Assembly: GCA_045863235.1 (NCBI GenBank)
Contig: BTUM01000004.1
Coordinates: forward strand, 1 to 64,000
Reading direction: 5' to 3'
Origin: Candidatus Xenobia bacterium
GTDB taxonomy: Bacteria; Vulcanimicrobiota; Xenobia; Xenobiales; QWHO01
Length of the DNA: 64,000 bases
Shown here: positions 1-8,468 of the stretch, piece after piece
Position numbering within the stretch: position 1 is the stretch's first letter
Layout: each line of letters starts with the position of its first letter
The notes under the pieces: model-generated
The model's database searches: none
The model's input: only the letters and a program-made list of their open reading frames with translations
Told to the model about the DNA's origin: nothing
Program-made: the position numbers and the translations under genes

Positions 1-152
1 CAGTACCTTGCCGAACTCAGAATTTTTTTCAAGGTTGGCTTGCCGAAAGCTCACGCCGCAGCGCCCCCTTCAAGACGTGGCATGCAAGCGGAGTATTGGC
101 CCAGATTCGCTCCCAGAAGGCCCACCTTCCCCGACCCGAGAACAGCCAGGAC

Positions 153-3140
153 ATGGATCTGCTGGCCGAGCTGAGGGGGCGCTCCACAGGAGCGGCGGTG
201 CTGGTGCACGGGCCCTTCGGCGCGGGCAAAACCCACCTGATCAGCGTGCTCGAGCCGCCTCTGCTGGTGGGGGCGGCCTCCCCCGACGGGTCGGAGGCCT
301 TCGAGGCGTTCCGGGCCGCCCTGGCCAGCGCCGATGACGAGCTGCGGCGCACGCTTGTGCGCACCGCTGGCGCCGGTGGGCCGTTCTTCCACCCCCTGGC
401 ACCGCAGCTCTTCCCGCCACCCAGGCTGGAGCCGCCCGAGGCCTGGTTGGAAGCCGCCTCCCACTGGTTGTGCCAGGTCTCCCGAGAGCATCCCGGGCTG
501 ATACTGGCCTTAGACGACGCCCAGTGGCTGGACGAGCCATCCCGAATGCTGGTGCAATGCCTGGTGCCGCGCCTGGCCAGCGCTCCCCTGGTCCTGCTGC
601 TGGCCTCCGAAAGCGACGAGCCAGCTCTGACCCAGTTCCAACGCCTGCCTCTCAAGCCCGAGGAGAGCCCACTGCTGGCCCGCGAGCTTCAGCACGAGAA
701 CGAGAGCATGGATCTCGAGTCCCTCGTCACCAGCCGACTGGCCAGGATGCAGGAGCAGACGCTGGAGGCCCTGCGCGACGCGGCCCTGCTGGGCACTTAC
801 TTTCCCCTCGAGAAGGCCCTCGAGCCGGCTTTGCAGGCCCGACTGCTCGAGGAGGTGCGACCCGGCCTGTTTCGTCTTATGCACCCGCGCGTCCGGGATA
901 CGCTGCTGGCCAACCTCGATCCCCAGGACCTGCGCCAGCGGCACCAGCGGTTGGGAGCGCCCGGCCGCGGCACGCTCTTCACCCGCGCTCGCCACGTGCG
1001 GGCCGCCGAGCAGACCGGAACGAACGTGCACCAGACGTGTCTTGCGGCCGGTCTCCAGGCGCTCGAGCAGGGGGCGCCGGAGACCGCCCGCGAGTTCTTG
1101 CTGGCCGCCCGCAAGGCCGCTCCCGAGACAACCGACGCGACTTTGCTCAGAGCCCTGGGCCAATCCTGTGCCGCCACCGGACGTCTGGAGGAAGCGCGTC
1201 AGGCGCTGCGAGCGGCTCTGGAGGCAGAGAGCGACCTGCCCACCCGCACCCGGCTGGCTCTGCGACTGGCCCAGTTGGGGCTGCCCGAAAGCGCCCGGGC
1301 TGAGCTCTTGACCCGTGCCCTGCGTGAGAACGGACTGGAGCCCCCCACAGGCTCCTGGCCCGGCATCTTGCGCTCGGCCCTGCGCTGGCTCGGCCCCCGC
1401 AGGCCAGAAAGCTCCAGCCTTCGGGTCGAGGTCATGGGCCTGGCGGCGCTCTGGGCCGCCAGCGAGGTCACCCCTGGACCGCTGCTCGAAGCGGGACTGG
1501 AGGCCTGGCGCCTCAGCCGCCGGTTGGGTCTCTCGCGCGAGAAAGTCCGCCTCAGCTGCGACCTGATGCTCCTGTCGGGTCTGCTCGGATTCGAGCGCCT
1601 GGCCCGCCATTTCCACGGGGTGGCCAGCCGCGAGGCAAGCCAGCTGGCCGACCCGCCAACCCTGGCTCGCACGCGGGTCATGAGCGCCATCACCTCGCAC
1701 TTTTTGGGCCATCCTCTGGAGGCCGAGCTGGAGCTGAGCAAGCACCTCACCGAGCAGGGCCACTGGCTGAGCACGCGCGACTTCCTGTTCGCCTGCAACG
1801 ACCTCTGCTGGAACCTGATGCTGCGGGGCCAGACCCGGCAGGCGCTGCAGTTCGTCGAGCGGGCCCGCGAGCGAGTGCGCCCCTCCCCCGGCAGCCAGGC
1901 CGACCTGGACACGTTGAGCACCTACGTGGTCTCGCTCTCGAGCACGCTGGGACGGGTGCGGGAGGCTTTGGAGACCCTGACCAGCATCCAGGAGCGTTTC
2001 AAGCACGCCCCTCCCCTGCTGCAGGCCAGCCTCTACGGGCACGCGGTGCGCTACTACCTCGAGCAAGACGAGCTGGGCGCCCCGCTGGAGGAGCTTCTGG
2101 GCCGTTTTGCGGCTTTGCAGCTGCCCCCCGCCTGGGTGCCGGTCCACCGGCGCTACTTCTACATCAGCCAGGCCCAGGCGCGGCTGGCCCAGTGCGAGGC
2201 CATCGAGTCCGGCCCGACTCCCGAGTCGTTGGCGCGCCTGAAGACTGCTCTGGAGGAGCTGCGCCGGGCAGCCCGCCCGCCCATCCTGCGAGCCCACCTG
2301 CTGGTGCTGCAGGCCAGCTGGAGCCGGCTCAACGGCCACCTGGAGAGAGCCTTGCGCCAGGTGGAGAAGGCTGAGCGTCTGGCCGACCGACTCGATGCTC
2401 CCGAGATCAACTTCTGGGCCGCCCGCGAGCGGGCTCTGATCAACCGCCTGCAGAGCAATCATGCTGCCAGCTTGCGCTATGCCGAGCTGGCTCACTGGTT
2501 GGCCGGCCTGCAAGGCTGGACCAACAGGGCCCGCCGAATCCGCCGTGAGTTCTCGCTGGGCGCCCTGGTCGCCCGGGAGACTCAGGCCAGCACCACGGCC
2601 TCGCTGGCCACCGAGCGCAGCCGGGCAGAGCGCCTGCAACAGGCCATGCGCCAGTTCCGCGAGGTGCACCAGATGGCCACCACCGACTCTCTGACCGGCA
2701 TCCCCAACCGACGCTTCTTCTTCGAGCAGGCCGAGGAGGTCTGGGCCGATCCGGCCCGGCCCGTGGCGGCCATCTTGCTGGACGTGGATCACTTCAAGCG
2801 GATCAACGACACTTACGGGCACGCCGAGGGCGACCAGGTGCTCAAGGCGGTGGCCGCGACCTGCGCCGGCTGCCTGCGCCAGGGCGACCTGCTCGGACGC
2901 TACGGAGGGGAAGAATTCGCCATCCTGCTCAGCGACGTGCGCGAAGAGGAGGCCCGGGCCAGCGCCGAACGCGTGCGGGCCGCCCTGGAGGCGGCTGCGG
3001 TGGGTACGTTGCGCGTCACCGCCAGCCTGGGAGTGGCCTGCCGGCGCGACGAGGGGGAGCTCTCCGACCTGCTGCGCCGGGCAGACGAGGCTCTCTACCG
3101 GGCCAAGGCGGCTGGGCGCAACCGGGTCGAGCTGGGCTGA
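153..3140 (+). CDS. Diguanylate cyclase with N-terminal AAA/STAND-like P-loop region and TPR-like helical region
   Basis: Walker A GPFGAGKT, Walker B-like LALDDAQW, long helical middle, C-terminal TDSLTGIPNRR...RQGDLLGRYGGEEF. Start placed at ATG 153 (ORF track opens at TTG 96). Confidence 0.85.
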   Translation: MDLLAELRGRSTGAAVLVHGPFGAGKTHLISVLEPPLLVGAASPDGSEAFEAFRAALASADDELRRTLVRTAGAGGPFFHPLAPQLFPPPRLEPPEAWLEAASHWLCQVSREHPGLILALDDAQWLDEPSRMLVQCLVPRLASAPLVLLLASESDEPALTQFQRLPLKPEESPLLARELQHENESMDLESLVTSRLARMQEQTLEALRDAALLGTYFPLEKALEPALQARLLEEVRPGLFRLMHPRVRDTLLANLDPQDLRQRHQRLGAPGRGTLFTRARHVRAAEQTGTNVHQTCLAAGLQALEQGAPETAREFLLAARKAAPETTDATLLRALGQSCAATGRLEEARQALRAALEAESDLPTRTRLALRLAQLGLPESARAELLTRALRENGLEPPTGSWPGILRSALRWLGPRRPESSSLRVEVMGLAALWAASEVTPGPLLEAGLEAWRLSRRLGLSREKVRLSCDLMLLSGLLGFERLARHFHGVASREASQLADPPTLARTRVMSAITSHFLGHPLEAELELSKHLTEQGHWLSTRDFLFACNDLCWNLMLRGQTRQALQFVERARERVRPSPGSQADLDTLSTYVVSLSSTLGRVREALETLTSIQERFKHAPPLLQASLYGHAVRYYLEQDELGAPLEELLGRFAALQLPPAWVPVHRRYFYISQAQARLAQCEAIESGPTPESLARLKTALEELRRAARPPILRAHLLVLQASWSRLNGHLERALRQVEKAERLADRLDAPEINFWAARERALINRLQSNHAASLRYAELAHWLAGLQGWTNRARRIRREFSLGALVARETQASTTASLATERSRAERLQQAMRQFREVHQMATTDSLTGIPNRRFFFEQAEEVWADPARPVAAILLDVDHFKRINDTYGHAEGDQVLKAVAATCAGCLRQGDLLGRYGGEEFAILLSDVREEEARASAERVRAALEAAAVGTLRVTASLGVACRRDEGELSDLLRRADEALYRAKAAGRNRVELG

Positions 3141-3152
3141 TTCATCGTCCCT

Positions 3153-3521
3153 TTAGAACGGGGCCCGGGCCACGAAGTACTTGGTCAGTTTCCTGGTGAC
3201 CTCCCAGATCGTGGTGCAGCCCTGCGGAAAGTGGGCCGAGTCGCCCGCCACCAGGGTTCGGGTGGGGCCGCCAGGGCGGCAGTCGGTGACGGTCAGCTCG
3301 CCCTCCACGATGTAGACGAACTCGTCGTAATCGAAGTGGAACTGGTAGCGCCCGACCTCGCAAGACCAGAATCCGGCGCTGGCGCCCTCGTCGGCGCTCT
3401 GGGCAGTGAAGAGGCAGCGGGCCCGGGGGGAGCCCTCCAGCACCTCCTCGGCCGGCAACTCGATGGAAGGCAACGGGCCTTTCGGCAGCTTGCCGAAGCT
3501 GACGCGGGCGGCGCGGCTCAT
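3153..3521 (-). CDS. DUF861/EutQ-like cupin
   Basis: GFWSCEVG...YDEFVYIVEG...AGDSAHFPQG...WEV signature; start ATG overlaps the stop of the upstream ACAD-like gene (ATGA). Confidence 0.85.
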   Translation of the reverse strand: MSRAARVSFGKLPKGPLPSIELPAEEVLEGSPRARCLFTAQSADEGASAGFWSCEVGRYQFHFDYDEFVYIVEGELTVTDCRPGGPTRTLVAGDSAHFPQGCTTIWEVTRKLTKYFVARAPF

Positions 3522-4750
3522 CCCAACGCCCAGGCGAACATGCCCGTGTAGGGCTCGCTCGAGAGCATGTCGGCACCGAACGAGCGCTCGATCTTGGCCG
3601 TGATGGTGGGGTGCATCGGCCCGAAGTTGATCTGCTCGCTCAGGGCCGCGATGGGATGGTTGGGACTCATCGAGCGGGTGCCGATCAGGTTGCGCGCCCC
3701 GGTCACGATGTGACAGGCGGCGCGAGTGCCGCTGTACTTGATGAGCGAGCCGCAATCCATCAGGTCGTTGGCCACCTTGTCGATCTCCTCGGGAGGGCCC
3801 TGCGAGCGTACCAGCCGGCAGTAGCGGTCGCAGCAGAGCCCGAAGCTGCGGGCCAGGGCCAGCTGCGAGCGAAGCTCCAGCGAGAGCCGGCCCGAGTCGA
3901 CCATGAACCCGTCCACCTCGGCCAGCGGCTCGTCGTCGTCGGTATGCACCGAGTTCGCGAACTTGCGCACCTCCTCCAGGGCCCGGCAGGCCCCTCCCAG
4001 GTACGCGGCCGTCACCAGCGCCTCGAACCAGGCGGTGGCGTAGAAGGAAACGTGATCGGTCAGATCGTCGGAAATGGAGAGCACGTTGCGACTTTTGAGG
4101 CGTAGATTGTTGAACTGGACCGGACGCGTGTCGGTCAGGGCCATGGCCCCCGGAAAGAGCGAGGGCCCCAGCTCGATGGCCGGCTGGTTCTTCAGGTTGA
4201 CGTAGAACATCCCCATCTCCTCGCCCACGAAACCGCTGAACAGAAGGATGTCAGCCTCCGAGGCGATGGACTGAAAACCCTTGCGCCCCGAGCACAGAAA
4301 GCCTCCGTCGCTCTGGGGGATGGCCACCACGTTGCGAAAAGCCTCGTCCTTATGCTTGATGTTCTCGCCAAAGCTGGAGATGGCCATCAGCGAGCGATAG
4401 CGGCGGATGGTATCCACCAGCATCTGGCGCCGTCGCTCGAACTCCGGCACCGAGGGGACAGGCAAGGTTGCCAGGGCAGCCAGGTTGTACTGGTGCATGG
4501 TCAGCCCCACCGCCAGGGGCACCGAGGCCCGGGCCATCAGGTAGAAAGCCTCGTAGGAGCGCACAAAGAGCTCGCCGGCGTCCTCTTGCAGATAGCAGGG
4601 CAGATACGGGATGGAGCTGGCACGCACGGCATCGAAGAAGGTGCGCGACTTCTTGTCGGGGGCAGCAACCTCCACCTTCTCGGCGATCTCGCGCGCCTGG
4701 GCCCGAATGGACTCGCGGTCGATTGCGGGCGGGGCCAGGGTCTTACTCAT
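3518..4750 (-). CDS. Acyl-CoA dehydrogenase-fold flavoprotein, VlmH-like amine N-hydroxylase candidate
   Basis: LAVGLTMH, GFLCSGRKGFQS, AWFEALVTAAYLGGA and C-terminal GPMHP; start MSKTL at 4750 overlaps the upstream stop. Confidence 0.75.
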   Translation of the reverse strand: MSKTLAPPAIDRESIRAQAREIAEKVEVAAPDKKSRTFFDAVRASSIPYLPCYLQEDAGELFVRSYEAFYLMARASVPLAVGLTMHQYNLAALATLPVPSVPEFERRRQMLVDTIRRYRSLMAISSFGENIKHKDEAFRNVVAIPQSDGGFLCSGRKGFQSIASEADILLFSGFVGEEMGMFYVNLKNQPAIELGPSLFPGAMALTDTRPVQFNNLRLKSRNVLSISDDLTDHVSFYATAWFEALVTAAYLGGACRALEEVRKFANSVHTDDDEPLAEVDGFMVDSGRLSLELRSQLALARSFGLCCDRYCRLVRSQGPPEEIDKVANDLMDCGSLIKYSGTRAACHIVTGARNLIGTRSMSPNHPIAALSEQINFGPMHPTITAKIERSFGADMLSSEPYTGMFAWALG

Positions 4751-5648
4751 CGACCGCCGTCTCGGGCTCAGCCTCGGACCCGGATTCATCCTCGCCGTCC
4801 CCGGGCGATACGGCCGGAAGCGCCTGGCGCAGGCCGGAGGCCCCTGCCAGCACCTGGGCCCAGCCGTGATGAAGCTCGCGGGTGGAGCGGTTCTCCTCCA
4901 CGGCGTGCATGCGATTGACGCCCTCCAGGGCGCTCTCCACCACCCGCAGCATGTGCGGGAAGCTGGGATCCTCCGGATGCTCGTCCACCGACTGCTGGAG
5001 CAACGCCTGGGCCTCGAGCAGGGTGAACTCGAGCGGCTGCAAGGCCTGCATCAGCTCCGCCAGCCCCGCTTCTCCCGCCAGGACGCGGGTGTAGGCCTCG
5101 TAGACGGCCATGAACTCGTCGTTGACCTGCACCTGCTCGAACTCGATCTCGTTGGGCTCCGGGTCAGGGATGAGCCGATCGACCTCGCAGTTGGGGCAGG
5201 TCGACTCAGGGCCACTGGAGCCGCATCCGGGACAGATGGGGGTGGATGAAGCGGCCAACTGAGCCAGCTCATCGCAAGACCGCAGAAAACGGCTCGAGCA
5301 ACCTTCCAGCTCCTGCAGAGCGGCAGCGGCGTCACCGTGCCCCTCCAGGGCGTCGTGCATGGTCGCCAGGCTCTGCTCGAGGTTGGCACAGGCAGCCAGG
5401 TTCGATTCGATGAGCGCAAAGAGCGGTCCGTCCAGCCCTCCGGGCCGGTGGTCGAGATGGCCGCGACGCTCTTGCTCGCTGGCCTGAACCCGCTCCCGCA
5501 TGCGTTGCAGGTGGCCGAGCAACTCGGGGTCAGGCTTCTCGAGGCCCTCGCGGAGAAGCTCGAGCAGGCCTTCAAGGCGGTTGGGGTCGGGGCCCTCGGG
5601 GGCTCCGCCGAAAGTGCTGATGAGGTTGTTCAGGTAGCCAGATGCCAT
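4743..5648 (-). CDS. Hypothetical helical protein with central zinc ribbon
   Basis: 301 aa with CPGC...CPNC between two helical halves; overlaps the next gene. Confidence 0.7.
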   Translation of the reverse strand: MASGYLNNLISTFGGAPEGPDPNRLEGLLELLREGLEKPDPELLGHLQRMRERVQASEQERRGHLDHRPGGLDGPLFALIESNLAACANLEQSLATMHDALEGHGDAAAALQELEGCSSRFLRSCDELAQLAASSTPICPGCGSSGPESTCPNCEVDRLIPDPEPNEIEFEQVQVNDEFMAVYEAYTRVLAGEAGLAELMQALQPLEFTLLEAQALLQQSVDEHPEDPSFPHMLRVVESALEGVNRMHAVEENRSTRELHHGWAQVLAGASGLRQALPAVSPGDGEDESGSEAEPETAVDE

Positions 5649-5738
5649 TGGTTTGGCCTTCGCTCGTCAGGCAAAAAGTCCCTGGCCCAGCGCTTGCCGA
5701 GGCTCGGGTTCTTGCCCGTCGCGCATCGCGCGCCATGC

Positions 5739-5767
5739 AAAAAGGGCCCGGATTGCCCGGAGCCCTT
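5739..5767 (-). terminator. Intrinsic terminator
   Basis: Minus strand AAGGGCTCCGG-GCAAT-CCGGGCCCTTTTT just after the stop at 5790. Confidence 0.7.
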
Positions 5768-5789
5768 CGAAGTCAGACCGGGCCGTGAC

Positions 5790-6302
5790 TTAGAAGCCGC
5801 TGCGTCCGAACTGGTTGAGGAAACCGCCCATTCCCGGGTTGGCGCCAGCGGCGGCGTTGTTCTGGGAATTGGCGAGCATCAGTCCGACCATCAAGCCGAG
5901 CAGCATCTGCTGCTGATCCATCCCGCCGAGTTGACCCGCTCCGGCGCCAGCCATCTGGCCCATCGGGTTGCAGCCCTGAGCGTTCCCAGCCCCGGCCATG
6001 GCCATGGCAATCGCCAGGCTGGCATTGTTCTGAAGCGGGTTGGACTGGTTGTTCTGGTTGTTCTTGCCGTTCTTACCGTTCTTGCCGTTCTTGCCATGCT
6101 TGCCGGCTTTGCCATTCTTGCCGTGCTTGCCAGCCTTGCCAGCCTTTCCACCGGCCGCGGCTCCGGCCTCAGCCTGAGCGCCCGAGGACGAGGAGATCGA
6201 GATAGCCAGAGCCATCGAGAAGGCACCCGAAGTGGCCTGGCCGCCACCCGGAGCGCAAAGGGCGGGGTTGTGAAGTCCGGCACCAGCAAGGGTATTGCAC
6301 AT
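5790..6302 (-). CDS. Gly/Ala/Asn/Met-rich low-complexity protein with GK[N/H/A] tripeptide repeats
   Basis: 170 aa ORF with GGAGG RBS, its own terminator and 9-bp tandem repeats at about 6045-6150. Confidence 0.75.
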   Translation of the reverse strand: MCNTLAGAGLHNPALCAPGGGQATSGAFSMALAISISSSSGAQAEAGAAAGGKAGKAGKHGKNGKAGKHGKNGKNGKNGKNNQNNQSNPLQNNASLAIAMAMAGAGNAQGCNPMGQMAGAGAGQLGGMDQQQMLLGLMVGLMLANSQNNAAAGANPGMGGFLNQFGRSGF

Positions 6303-6355
6303 GGTCGTTGTTTCCTCCAGAAGCAGTTTTTATTACTTGAGAGCTTACCAGGGAA

Positions 6356-6385
6356 AAATCGGCAAAACCGGGTCGACAAGTTAAA
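6356..6385 (-). promoter_or_regulatory. Sigma28-like promoter candidate
   Basis: Minus strand TAAC-N16-GCCGATTT; closely similar to the element at 15186-15213. Confidence 0.45.
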
Positions 6386-6551
6386 TCGGTGTAAACTATG
6401 TTGCAGCCAGGTAAAAGATTTCCGAGCCCGCCACTCGGGCGCTGACTGAGGAAAAGGGCGCCGTTGCGACAAACAGAACCTCGGCCCTGCTGTTAACATT
6501 CTCGCTCGGCCCCGGAAGGGCCTGCAGGCGGCCCAGCACGAAACTCAGCTC

Positions 6552-8468
6552 ATGCTGATCCGCAAGTTCGACCGTACCCAGCTCGACTCCGAGCCCCACA
6601 ACGTGCTCTTCAAGGACCTCTACCCCTGGGACGCAATCGGGGAAACCCCGTTCGGCGCCAGCCTGGCCCTGGTCGAGGTGGGCGGCGAGACCATGCTCCA
6701 CAGCCACCATCCGGCGGAAACGTTCTTTATCTGCCAGGGACGGGGCACCATGACGGTCAACGGCGAAACGACCCCGGTCTCCACGGGAGACGTGATCTAC
6801 CTTCCGCCCGGCAGCCAGCACACTCTCAAGAACACCTCCGAGGGCGAATCGCTCATGTTCTTGTCGGTTTTCTGGGACGCCGAGCAGGATGAGGAAGCGG
6901 AGCCCGAGCAGGCGCAGGAGCAGCCCAGGCTGTTCTTCCCCAGCCCCCCTACGCCCAACGGGCCGCTCCACCTCGGCCACCTCAGCGGGCCCTACCTGGC
7001 CGCCGAGGTGCTGCGCCGCTATGACCGCATGCGGGGACTTGCCTCCCGGTATTTGTGCCTGGCCGACGACCATCAGAGCTACGTGGTGCTGCGCTCGGAG
7101 CTCGAAGAGAGCACCCCCGCCGAGACCGCCATCAGGTATGCCGACCAGGCCGTTACCCTGCTCGAGGCCTTCGACGCCGCCCCCGACCTGTGGGTCTTCT
7201 CCAGTCGCGATGAGCGCTACCAGGAGGCGGTGCGTCAGGCGCTCGACCAGCTCAAGCTCGAGGAACGAGAAGAACCGGCCCTCTACTGCCCGAGCTGCGA
7301 GCACTACCTGGTGGACGGCCGAGCGGCCGGAGACTGCCCCCACTGTGGCGAGAGCTGCCGGGGATTCTTGTGCGAGAGTTGCTGCTTGCCCAACCGAACC
7401 ATCGATCTGCTCGAGCCGACTTGCATCGACTGCAAGGCCGCGGCCGCGCTCAAGCCTCTCAAGCAGCTCTTCTTCTCGCTCGAGCCCTGGCGCGAGCGGC
7501 TGCTGGCCTACCACGGCAGCCTGCGCCTGAGCCCCCGCCTCTTGAGCCTGGTAGCCCGCATCGCGCAGCTCAGTCCGCTGGAGCTGACCGCCTCCCACCC
7601 GGGCAGGTGGGGCATCCCCTCCCCGCTGGAAGGCCAGGTCATCTCGCCCTGGCTGGAAGCCGCTCTGGCTCTCCCCTACCTGCGGGCCAGGGCCGGCCTG
7701 GAGGGACCGATGGTGGCCTCGTTCGGGGCTGACAACGCCTTCCTCTACCTCTTCCAGGACCCGGCCGTGGCCCTGGCTCTGGGCCAGCAGCCTGCCGCCC
7801 AGCTCGTGTCCAACGAGCACCTGATGCTCGATGAGCGAAAGATGTCTACCAGCGCCGCCCACGCCCTGAACGCGGCCGCCGTGCTGGAGAAGGTGCCCAG
7901 CGACCTGGTGCGCCTCTTCCTCGCCACCGTACGCCCCGAGCAGGCCGATTCGAGCTGCTCGCTGGAAGCCATGGAGCACTTCCTCCAACAGAGCGTCGTC
8001 CGGCCCTGGCAAGATCTGCTCGAGCGCATCGGGCGCCAGGTCACCGCCGAGGCCGGCTCCAAGGCCCCTGCCGTGGGGGTCTGGAGCCCCGAGCAGTATG
8101 AGTTTCTCGAACGTCTCAACGAGCTGCTGACGCGGGCCGAAAGCGGCTACACCACGGGTTCTCTGCGCGAGGTGGCCCGAGCCCTGCACGAGCTGATCGA
8201 GCGAGTGGCGGCCTTCGAGGCGGCTCAGAGTTATCTGGCCCGGGTCCCGGGCCTGGAGTCCCAGCGAGCCACCGCGCTGGCCCTGATGCTGGCCGCCCTG
8301 CGGCTGCTGGCTACCATCGCCCAACCGCTGATGCCGAGGTTCTCGGCCCTGCTCAACAAGCACCTGGGCTTCCTTAAGCCCGAGCCCTGGCCCGAGGAGG
8401 TGCTCTTCCTCAACCCTGGCCAGCGCATTCTGGCGGCAGCGGGACTGTCGGCCCGGCGCTACTTTTGA
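6552..8468 (+). CDS. Cupin/methionyl-tRNA synthetase-like fusion (Spb40/PyrN/Tri28-type hydrazine synthetase candidate)
   Basis: N-terminal cupin (HSHHPAE...GDVIYLPPGSQH), then PPTPNGPLHLGH, ADDHQSYV, four CxxC zinc-knuckle pairs, KMSTS and a helical anticodon-like domain. Confidence 0.85.
   Translation: MLIRKFDRTQLDSEPHNVLFKDLYPWDAIGETPFGASLALVEVGGETMLHSHHPAETFFICQGRGTMTVNGETTPVSTGDVIYLPPGSQHTLKNTSEGESLMFLSVFWDAEQDEEAEPEQAQEQPRLFFPSPPTPNGPLHLGHLSGPYLAAEVLRRYDRMRGLASRYLCLADDHQSYVVLRSELEESTPAETAIRYADQAVTLLEAFDAAPDLWVFSSRDERYQEAVRQALDQLKLEEREEPALYCPSCEHYLVDGRAAGDCPHCGESCRGFLCESCCLPNRTIDLLEPTCIDCKAAAALKPLKQLFFSLEPWRERLLAYHGSLRLSPRLLSLVARIAQLSPLELTASHPGRWGIPSPLEGQVISPWLEAALALPYLRARAGLEGPMVASFGADNAFLYLFQDPAVALALGQQPAAQLVSNEHLMLDERKMSTSAAHALNAAAVLEKVPSDLVRLFLATVRPEQADSSCSLEAMEHFLQQSVVRPWQDLLERIGRQVTAEAGSKAPAVGVWSPEQYEFLERLNELLTRAESGYTTGSLREVARALHELIERVAAFEAAQSYLARVPGLESQRATALALMLAALRLLATIAQPLMPRFSALLNKHLGFLKPEPWPEEVLFLNPGQRILAAAGLSARRYF

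Noticed and set aside
510..2822. Long antisense ORFs (also 6396-8363, 13728-15212, 35620-37650, 52917-54938 and others)
   Set aside because: Shadow frames of high-GC genes, with no motifs and fully overlapping well-supported CDSs.
6552..8468. Housekeeping methionyl-tRNA synthetase (metG)
   Set aside because: The N-terminal cupin, DDHQSYV in place of DEHG, degenerate Met-binding motifs and the DAO partner point to a paralogue.
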